A stretch of DNA of 64,000 nt from Phoronis australis. Lineage: Eukaryota; Animalia; Phoronida. Below are positions 52,658 to 64,000 of the stretch, piece after piece; position 1 is the first letter of the stretch; each line of letters begins with the position of its first letter. Made by a program: the position numbers and the translations under genes. The stretch covers positions 724,335 to 788,334 of the forward strand of contig NMRA01000039.1 of NCBI GenBank assembly GCA_002633005.1, given 5' to 3'. The notes beneath the pieces are model-generated. The model was not told the origin of the DNA and did no database searches. It saw only the letters and a program-made list of their open reading frames with translations.

Positions 52658-54008
52658 CTTTCCAAACACAGAAAACACTTCTCATCTTATTCAAGCAACA
52701 ATTAGAGACCAATAACATCTGACCGAAATAAGACAGCCAGCAATGAATTTGATTTCCTTCCTCCGAAGAGTGCAATTACTCCTGAAGAAGATCTTTGACC
52801 GCATATTTCACCACACAGACAAATGATAATTCTATCCAGACATAGTGTCAAATGTTAAATGACTCTTGAACAACGAAGCATAAAGCTCCTGCATTTTTTC
52901 CACACTATTTTAAAGCCCACAAAAGTGAACAAGAAAAATACATGTCGCATTTACAATACCAATACGAATGCTTACTGAGAATTGTAACTTAACATGACCA
53001 TGTTACCCAAGGCTAAATGCCAGATCACTTGTTGTAACCTGACCACTGGTGATATCAAACATTTCACACTCTCATAGATATTGATATTGTCGAACATTGT
53101 GTACACTGCTCCAACTGGCATAACACTCGCATCGACCACTAGAAGTATGAAAACATGGACAGGAACCTTGAAAAACTTGAACAATGCAACCTATCAATAT
53201 TTATAAATTTAAACAGGAAGAATTAAATGTTTTGTCACCCAAAACAAACAAAAATATCCTACAGATAACTGACATGACGTGGTTGCCTAAACAGTAATAA
53301 CATATGGAACAACTGATCTTAATCCTAGCATTTTTTTCCTTTATGGTCATCACTATTTAGTTTAAGTAAGTAGGCATAGAAGTATGTCAGGTATCAGTCA
53401 ATGACAACACTGTTTATTTACACTAATACCCTGTTCACACCTGAATGCTGGTTACAACCTTAAAACGGATTTAAAGATTATGACTCTGGTGGGTGTGAAA
53501 ATTTTAAAACCCAGTTTTAGAAGTTGTTACTGTAGCACGTGGTATAGGGAGAGAACTAGAGCCGTAGAACTCAGTGCAAACAGGTTAGTTGCAAATGTTA
53601 CAACTCAGTATGTAGCGCTGCTGATAACTCATATTGCAAATTAGCGCTCCCCCCCTCCACGTAAGACTATAGACTATCGAAAAGTTAATTATTTCTATTA
53701 CAAGCAGAAAAAAAAGCAACGACAAAATATAGAAGAAACTTATGATTTAGATCCCTTACCATTTTAAACTTGGTCTCAGTTTGGTTCTGGTCTTGCAAAA
53801 AACTGACAATTTGTCATTTCTCAAGACCAGGCTCCATCCGTGCATAAAATTACACGCTGTGGCAAGCTAATGCCCAGATCCTGGTCCCAAGCAATAATGA
53901 ACTACATCAGTTGTTTCCAAGCGCAGAAATCAAACCTGTTTTACTAAGGAAGCAATGTGAGAAAGGTTTCATCACGGCAAGTGGTATGGAAGATATCCCC
54001 AATAATCA

Positions 54009-54094
54009 CAATGGGGTGACACTGAGACGGAGCACTCATAAAACAAGGACGCAATGGGGTGACACCGACACTGAGCACTCATAAAACAAGGACG
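54009..54094. repeat. 43-bp tandem duplication
   Basis: caatggggtgacac.ga.ac.gagcactcataaaacaaggacg occurs twice. Confidence 0.9.
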
Positions 54095-56450
54095 CACTGC
54101 AAAATACAAATATTGTGCGCTCCTCTTTAGAACTCATATTTTGGTCATTTCCATGAAGTCAATAATTCACCATCAGCGTGGTCAGGAAAACTTCTCACAG
54201 GACCAGACATATTTAATCATGTGCACAAGGTGTACATGAAATCAATCATTTACTGAACTAAAAGTGAACTGCTATATCTAGCAGATGTAAATATGCCCAC
54301 TAAACTACTAAATGCCGAAATCTCTCCAAACATCCATTCATGAATACCCACTTTCAGAAAATGCAAACCCTCCATGACCAACAAGCACATTACAAGTGTA
54401 AACTCTATTGAGTCTAGCCACTGACGTAATTAACAAAACTACACCTCCCTTGTTCGTTCAGGTAAACATCAATTCCACAAGAACTTTTCACTCATCACCC
54501 CTACTCAGCTTGGTTTCCTACCAACCAATTTTTATTTTTGATGTTTCCTGCCTTAACCCAGACTAACAGGGCCTGATGATAATGGCAGTGAATCCAACAC
54601 AATTGTTTATTTGCCTTGACTAAAAGTATCTTTGTATGAACCATCTGCTTAACTGGTTGTCTACTAGTTTTTTCTTCATGTGCACTTTACACTGTACCTG
54701 TTTGTGACTTCACATACAGTTACAACGAGTTGGTCCTCGCTCGGTTGGTAAAATGTCAAAATCACCCCCCAGTGTGCCAAGCTACAACAGTTCACATCAA
54801 TTATTGAGAGAACTTTGGTGCACTTCAATCCAGTGACTGTGTCTTCATCCAACCACTACAGTGGCCTGGTCAGCACACAACATGCAATATTGAGGGCACA
54901 GTATCATTATGGGCATAATCTTGACCATCACCACACCCACTCTTAAGCCACTTCTGGGAAAACTGAGCTTACCACAGCTTAGCCATGATGGTCCCAAAAG
55001 GCTATTTGATTGGGGTGACCAATCATGCTAAAAGGGGTATTTTGCAACTGTTTAGCTACACGAATGCTGAATTCTTAACTAAATCGCTTTGGGATTTAGA
55101 AACATTGCCACAGTCTTTGATACTGAATTGTTGCTGAATAAGTCGGTAACTCAAGTCATTGGCAATGCGTAGATGCGCCATTCTAGGTCCGACTTACTCC
55201 AAGAAACTCTTTACTGTTTACTTGGGCCGCAGATGGTTTCTGTATTTTTTTCCAACATAAATACAGTCCTATCATGGTGAAAAATATTTTAGACACAACT
55301 TAGGAGCTAAAGTGGTTTTAAAGAAACATAATCGGTTTTGCATTCTAAAAATGCATTTTTGTGATAACTGTTAAATGGGATAGACTTCTTCAAGTTATTA
55401 GCTTTGACCAGCAAAGTTAATAAGCCAACAAAATCCGTTGTTTTTACGATTTTATAACAAATGCCCAATTCTCGCCGTTGTCAGCCAAACATTTGCTGAA
55501 ATCAAGGCTGATGTATTACCATTCTGCGCTACTGTAAAGGATAACTTCTGTAAAATTACTTTTCTTTGCCCATAATATCCCTTTCATTTTTTTTTTCATT
55601 TTTGCCACTTTATTGACGAGGACATGTAGCTTTACATCTTCAACTGACAGTCAAACGTGGTGCACAGTGCAGTGAGAATTTCATATCTGAGAGGAACCTG
55701 GACTAATCAGTGTATCTATTATGCAGCCTTCTATGAGCACTATGTTTCAAAAATACACAAATTCCTATAACATCCGTCACTCTGTTTTGTCAAACCAATT
55801 ATTTCCACGTACCATACCCAGTAATTTGCTTATATTGACTTAAATCAAAAAGTCTAGTTTCTCTAGAGCGTATCAAAATCAATAGACAGTGAAAGAAAAC
55901 CTGATTCCTTGCGAAACTGAACAAGCGATCATGTTTCTTTGTTAGTTAGGCTTCAGTGAAGATCTGACCTTTACTGTAGGATAAGTGTAAGTATTGATTG
56001 TGATCTGATCACACTTAACTGAAACAAGGACAAAGAAAATTTATAATAACTGTAGAAACGGAATGGATGGAATTTTCCGTGGGTTTTCAAATCGTATATA
56101 ACTTATCCATTGACAAAGGAAAAGCATTAACAAGACTGGTTCTTAACAGTGTATTTAGCCTACTTGGTAAGAGGGAATAAAGTTATCTTGATATAGAGTT
56201 TAATGATTAGCCTAAGTGCTGTATTTGCTGTATTCTGACAGATCCAACAGATTCTTATGGCAAAGGAATTGAGGGCCTGGATTGGACAAAACACATTCGC
56301 TCGCATACAAATGCACGATTAAATGTATAGGTAACCACTGGCCTGCATGACAGGCTGGCCGCTGGGTGTCCCATCTCATTGTCACACAGACGATTGAATT
56401 AAAGAGGAAATAAAACATGCTCACAGCAAAGCGAAACACTGAAAACACTA

Positions 56451-57000
<550 letters not shown>

Positions 57001-60000
57001 ATAATATGTGAACTAGGAACATCATTTTGACAAGTTGGAACAATTTTGCGTTGACAGCTTTGTAATCTATAATTGAAATACCGGTGTCAGTTTAAAATAC
57101 AAGTTTCACTAAATATTGAGTGCAACAAACTGCAAATGTTGGCGCGCATTCTTCTGGAACCGCCGACAGAAGGTGCCTACGCTTACTCAGTCGTGAAACA
57201 CTTCAAGCCACAAGAAGGTCACTTTTGATTTAGATCAGTTAACGCTTTGAAATATTTCTTAACATGTGAACTAGTACGAGTTTGCAAAGAATTTTCAGGT
57301 TGTTATTGTTGAGACCATAGACATATAGACAGACGTGTCTGAGGTAGAGACCGTGCGCGCCGGTGTGACAAGTCAATTTGTAAAGTTTGATCTCTTCAAG
57401 TTGAGATTCACAAGTCATAACGAACTGCCAGTTCGTTCGAAGTCAAGAAATCATCTCCAGTATGACTTCGGAGCAATTTGAGTTCAATTTGAGGTCAATT
57501 TCACAACGTGAGGGGTTAAAATCAAAAGCTGCTTTTTTGTGATGGGCGACAGGACGTGCAAATTCATATAGCTAGAAAAACTTGTCCTGACTCTCAGTTC
57601 TGTTACAAAATGGTACAAATCGACGTGTATTTTATTTGCTATGAACTACTTAATGGAAAGCATTTAAAATGACCAAATGTGATGTCCATTTTAATCATGG
57701 CCATATGCCAAGGTTGCCCACTTGCATTTCTAAGTGAAACTTAGACCCATGCACCAATATATGAAACACTCAAAAAAGAAGTATTTGATAAAACGTATTT
57801 AATTAAGATCTAGGCGCATATTCCTTACTATATTTTAATATTTTTACGACGAATTAGTGTCTTGATTCTACACGATACCATAGGGTACAAGTCTCGGTTC
57901 GCCTCCATAAACTTTACATATTTTGAGTTGAATTTGTACGCTATACGTTTTTCGTAACTAGTCGCAACCATTTTCTGAGGTCGAAGTCAATCAAACTGTC
58001 AAAATTGTTTATAACAATCGACAGAGCTGTAGTGTTTATTATAGTATCCTCGTTAGTGTAATGGTGATTCTTTATGAATGTTACGATGGCAGCCAAATTA
58101 AATTTGTTTTACAAATGTGGGACAATGTTGACCATCTCAATCGATCACTTTTTAGCATAGTCAAACAATCCACTGCATCTTTAGTCCGCCTCTTGTATTG
58201 GTAAAATGTATTTCTTCTGCTTTCTAGGAAATTAAAATTGTTTTTCATAATAACAACATTTGGTGTGCTCACTGAATTCTCTTAAAGCTGCCACACCATC
58301 CCAATCGGTTTTACGAAGTCACGCGTTACAGAAGTATGGGATAGTTACAGTAAAACCTGGGTAGAGTGCAGTAACGCTGTGACCTACGTTAGGACCTCGC
58401 TAAAATCTAGCTAAGGTCACGTGTTCTCATTTAAAATACATGGCAATGTATCACGTAATCTCGTTAGATGAGGCACTGAACTACACACTCGAGTATATAT
58501 GACCAATCATCCACAAAAACTACTTTATAATCATAAAGACACTGAATATTAAGTTATTCAATTTCTCAAGTTCAACTATCAATCTCATTAGTTACCTGCT
58601 GTGTCGCCTTTTCCTGTTTTCATCAACGGCTAGCTGTTCTTTTCACTGAGTTACGCAGCCGTTAATCATTATTTGATAAAACCGAAATTAATCAAAACAA
58701 CCAAATTGTACTTCATATAAACATGGTAAACACATCCCGTGGTTTCTCGGTCCTCAGGTATTTCATATATTTTTTATGAAACCGCAAATCAGACCAAATG
58801 AGGACTGGCTACCCAAACTGTCGAAGAGAGATTCTTACAGAGCCCAGTTAGTTAACGTTAAGTAGGTTTGCCAGTAAATTCAAAGTTTTTAAATTACAAG
58901 TACAGTGTGACTTTCGAAGTGAATTGTCTAGTGTTGTGAGTTTGGAGATTTTTAGAGCAGGCCTACATAGTCCTAACTATCCACACAGCAGCCATTTGCA
59001 GACCCAAACTTAGGCGGGGGGGTACAAACGAACATCCCCAGAGAGGAAAAAGTGGACGCAAAAGGTTCAAAAGTCGTGGGGGTTCATTGACAGTTGCAAC
59101 ATTGATACGCGTGTACTTGACTGTGGGAAAGGCACACTTGAAATTTTGACAATGCTTGCTGGGGGTATGGTGATGATGATGCGGGAATCGGGCAGAGGGA
59201 CAGCTGGAGGTACACGATCCTAAATCCATTTTTCTGATTTGCGGGCTACAGGTCCGCATGTGCAGTTCAACGGAGGACTGTGGGTTTCCTCAATTTTAGA
59301 ACTCGTGAAATTCGCAATGTCTTATTGTGGAGTTTGTAATTCTCACCAAATGATTTCTCTTATAGCTGGGAGTAATATCATTATAGTCCAAGCTTATAGT
59401 TAGGTTTGTGTCGACGTCCTACGCCCCAGCTATTTTTTCCAAAAATCGTGCAATCATATTACCACTCTCTATCTTAACTGTGTGACCACATAATGCTGTC
59501 ATTGTGAAACACATATCATACCAAAGTAGATGATCTGTGACTCCTCGACACTGGTTTGTGTCCTTCCGCCTTTTTTGCAGAGTGGCGACGGTATGCGTAT
59601 TGCCTGGGAATAGTCCTAGATATTACGCACTGGAATGGAATATACGAAGCTCTATGGCAAGGGCAGATCACCATCCTTTCGGGATACGTAGATGCCACTG
59701 CATCCAGTCGAGTTTTGTTTAAAAGTTAGCCATCTCAGTCCCGTATACCTTTTTATGGAGTTTCCTATAGGTGCCTAAGCTTTATTTGTTAGAGCTGGAT
59801 CTCTCTGCACGTTTTGACTGGGTAGTCTCCCATTTGTCGGAATCAATTTCTAGTACGTTTTGATTAACTATTTAATTCTCCATTTTCCCCTGTTTAGCTG
59901 GCTAACGAAACTTGAATTAGGTGTTTTATTCTCATAAAATCGGTCTTACAATATTCCTTACTATGATAGGATTCTATTTCCGTTTCCAGAACATTGAAAC

Positions 60001-60992
60001 CATCAACGACCCAAGAAACTGCTTCACAGTTTATTGAGGTTGACCAACTCTAAAATTGCGGATTACACATGTACGTATTACCATTGAACTTCGTTGCCGG
60101 CCATTCGCCAACAATTCAAGATCGGATGAGTTTTTTTTAATTCCAAAGCGCTTCGTTTAAAAATTTCCAACTAAACAGTAGCGCAATGTCCCTTTAAATT
60201 TCAAGCGCGTCAACGTTTTTTTTGTAATTTTTTGTAGCGGATATGTCACAACCTGTGCACTAGGCGGAGCTCCTGCTGCTTTCCGTTGGGACCATATTAC
60301 ATAAGTGTTGCTTCAGGACTACACTGATTGGGGGATGTCAACCTCCACATGTTTATTTAAAAGCATGCTCTTTCCCAGTTGGATTTACTTCGTGTCAAGT
60401 CTTTAACGTACGATACTAAATTCGGATACCAGCACAGCGTCACTCCATACATGCTCAATGCGCACATCTCCGGTCTAATTGCACAAATAGCTGTTCAGAA
60501 GAAAAAAAAAACGATGTTGTGAAAAGCAGTTGAGGACGAACGCTGCGTGGACTCATTTTTATTAAGTAGGCTACGTTGCATTTACAACACATTTTCACTG
60601 GAAATGTAGGCTTAATCGCTAGAATTTAAACTGTCTACGTTATGTTCTGAAATTGAAATGGATTAACAAATGCAACTATAATTTGATTGAAGCTATTACT
60701 GCACTGTTCAAATAAATGGCTAAACATGAATTATTACTTTTGAGTGGCTTGTATTTTCATGCATTTGTGCAAAACTGGTCCCGCGACACAAGACGACATT
60801 TGGCGATTCCCAGGGGCACCGACTGAGACGACCATACGGGGATCTCTGAATGGTTTCGACTCGTTCACCCGGTACTATCAAACTTAACATAATTCTAAAT
60901 TCGTATGAGTGGCGAAAACGCTACCAGTTTCACCAGTTAAAACTCAAGTGACGCTGGTATTACCGTTTAGTAGTATTTTAGCCGGACTGACG

Positions 60993-61089
60993 CAAATTGT
61001 AACAAGCAAAAATTGTTGTGACAATTTGGGCCTGCAGTCCTGACCCAATTGTCACAATTTTGGAAGTTGCGGCAATTTGGGCCTGCACA
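60993..61089. repeat. Cluster of short inverted/direct motifs (MITE end)
   Basis: ttgtgacaatttggg / cccaattgtcacaa form a hairpin, and caatttgggcctgca is repeated. Confidence 0.5.
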
Positions 61090-64000
61090 GAGCTGTCCGC
61101 AAAGCGCTTAGTGTCGCTAAAAGTTACACTTTAACAGTTCATAAGACTGACTTTTTAACACTAGAACTAGATGAAGTGATTTTACCGGTGAGTAGCACCA
61201 GACGAAAAAATGCTCTCTTGGCCAGGAAACTTTAAAAATGTGCCTACCGAAATACCCGCCGGGTGAGGCGTATTGAGCAACACAACGACATGAAACATTT
61301 ACAATATATAACCTTTATTCATACCATTTGGCATCAGTATTGATATCGTCTCCGTATACATCAACAAAACCTTTCTTTAATGTGCCGATAACCAGCAACA
61401 GTCGAAATGTAACAGTCGAGCTCAACATCAGTGCCAAAAAGTGAAGAGACAGATACTATCTGAATTTATAGAAAATCATTTCAGTAACTGCGCATGTGAT
61501 ACTCGACTCCACTACTTGAGAGCAGCGACAATGACAACACATTGGCACGGGTCGAAAAGCCTGATCAGTACGGCTTGCGTTTATTTTCACACATCGGAGA
61601 AATTTACGTGCCGAAAAGAATATAGTTGCTTGGATGCGGGATCATCTGAAGACAATATATGCGCACCACATTTATGGCCAATACATCCGCGTACATATAA
61701 AGCGCCCAGCTTGCGCTGTGAGAGTCACAACTGTTTTCACTTGTCGCCGCCATCAACTATCTCAATGAGCCCTCAAGTGTTTACCTTCCGGATCCAAACA
61801 CAGATCAGTGAAGCAAACAACATGGACTACGGTGGAGAAAAGTCCACAGGGTTACTAATTTATTTTAAATTTCTTAATTGGCTCGAATGTTGGGCTCCGA
61901 AAACATGAACAATAAAATGATTTAAATCACAAAACAATATTGTTCCAGTGCTCAACTGACAAGGGTGAGTGGTAACCAGAAAAAAATCCTCCTTACAGAC
62001 GGGAACACCTTTCCCAAACATGCGTTGCAATCTCAGTAGTTAGTGGGAACAAGTGTCCCTCCATACCATACACGTGACCAACACAGTTGACCAACAGAGT
62101 GCGCCTCTGTATGACTTTCACCAGACAGCGAATGAAGTAAAAAAGTACCCAAAACGCAATAAAACGAATTTGCGGTACTGAGAAAGAACAGCTGAACGGC
62201 TCACTTAACATTTTTTGAAGATTACCAATAAAGATGATTAATTTGGCAAAAATAGACAATACTGCTTTTAATTTGCTTTGGTGAATCCCGCCCACACAAA
62301 TCATCCCCATGCTAGTGAAAGCCACACAAAAAATGACTTGTAATTATTTTAATGCATACAAACACATGCCTTAGGTTACAAAAGTACTGGATTAAAAACA
62401 TATAGCTTAGAGCCGGATCCCGGCAGGAAAAAATGGAATGGGACAGAGGTGGTTAATTTCTATTAGGGAAGTTTTGGCATTGAGAGGGTGGAAAACTTTG
62501 CCCCGTTAATTCTCCCCCACCCCTGGCTCAGCACAATGAATTATACCCATGATAACGACAAGGGCAAATCGCACTACAGCACACAACCTCAGTATTGTTG
62601 AGCAATGATTTCCATGCGAAAATGCACCAATCAGAAGTTATCAAGTGAATCAAAAACGTTTGAAGTGTCCGCCAACCCAGCTCTATTGAACCACTATATT
62701 GCCAAGACAGCCTGCCTTGAGAGAGACAAACATAGAAATGTAATATTAGACCCAGAAGGGTGTCCCTCTTAGGTCCCAGGTACAACAGCTTCTCTATTTT
62801 CTCCCTCTCAAATATCCTGGGCTGGTGGACACTCCACACACAACATACTATAAACACAAGTCCACACCTCCAACTAGTGAGCACAGGGGGTCTAATTTAA
62901 AAAGAAAGATACTTTATCTAATTCCATGCACTAAATTAACTGATGCAACACCTACTAAATCTTAACACTACAACTTACGAGTCCTCTGATACCACACAGT
63001 TAGCTTGTACATGCACTCACCAACCATGCTTTTTCCCATGATGGCCAATTCCAAATGGGTCCATTAAGTAGTCTGAGATCATTCATTAACAAAAACTTAC
63101 ATGAGCCGACATGGACATCAGATGAACGTCAGATAAGAAAAACCACAGCTTTTAAACCAGCCCCCCACCTATTCTGTCCAAGAAGTCAACCTCTGATTTA
63201 GACTATATTACTGATGTAACACTGGTCTTCACTTGTTCCTTACTTATATGAGAAGTGATTTCTGGGTTTGCTCAGAACCAATAGTTTGTTATTCCAAGGC
63301 ACCCCACTCCTGGCATTACATGACAAGCCAACTTCTAGAGCCTGAGCTCAAACAACAAACTGTCAGCTCATTGGGAGCCAAGCAATCACCTCAAGGAAAA
63401 ATTTGAAACTAATGGTAATGGTCCGATATAACCTGCCCGAATTCTAAGAACCATTATTTTCCACAGAATAACGGGCATCAATCTGCCAAAGCAATTTCAT
63501 AAAGGTAAGTGGTCTAAATCCAATTTTTTTGAGATGGAAGGCAGGTATATAGTGGTTTCAAGTGCGCTACAATTTGTTCTCCCACACAGCACACAGTACA
63601 TACGGGAAATTGCTCAACAAAAAACAAATATTACATGTCCTCTCTTATCAGCACTGTTTGTACTGAACATCTGTCATCAACCAACATGTGGTAATATTTT
63701 GGTTATTTGCAATTACATAGCAAGCCCTTCTACTACAGAAAAATGTAAATTTTGGCAACGCTGGGTACAGCAATTGTTCAATGCCTTAGCACACAATATG
63801 GCTGCTATGTGGAATTCTGTTTTGTCAATTTTTTCAGAAAAATAAAAATCAATGAAATTTGAGTCCATTACCAGCATGGGTTGCACTTTGAGAATGTTAT
63901 AAAATAACTTTTGGTAGATTCTCCAATTAATTGCAGCAACGTGACTTGCCTTTGAAAAATGACAATTTTGGCAATTATTTTTAAATGCAACTATTTTCGT

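Noticed and set aside
61441-61908. 155-aa ORF, the longest non-gap ORF
   Set aside because: Non-ATG start, no recognisable domain, and composition like translated non-coding DNA.

Overview
AT-rich, repeat-rich eukaryotic (invertebrate animal) genomic DNA from a draft assembly, with an 895-nt N gap and single-N joins. None of the supplied ORFs looks like a real gene. The only protein-coding sequence I can support is missing from the ORF track: a 76-nt first coding exon on the minus strand (56531->56456) encoding [25 protein letters not shown](H), followed by a GTAAGT donor. This is the N-terminus of an Elk-subfamily (KCNH3/4/8, Kv12) EAG-family voltage-gated K+ channel. I could not find exon 2 by eye, so positions 1-56455 are probably part of a >56-kb first intron. 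That region holds non-autonomous DNA transposons (two hAT-like elements with 5-bp TSDs, TA-flanked MITEs, foldback hairpins), a tRNA-derived sequence, a LINE-like 3' tail and many minisatellites. The most unusual items are: (1) a 17-bp x5 array whose consensus matches the first 16 nt of U1 snRNA, and so presents tandem strong 5' splice sites plus an AG|GT ratchet-like site on the Elk pre-mRNA; (2) a repeat-borne array of six co-oriented CTCF-like motifs; (3) a near-identical ~210-bp inverted duplicate 32.5 kb apart; (4) several RFX X-boxes. I see no solid evidence for a new multi-gene system; the findings are regulatory or structural hypotheses. All alignments were done by eye.
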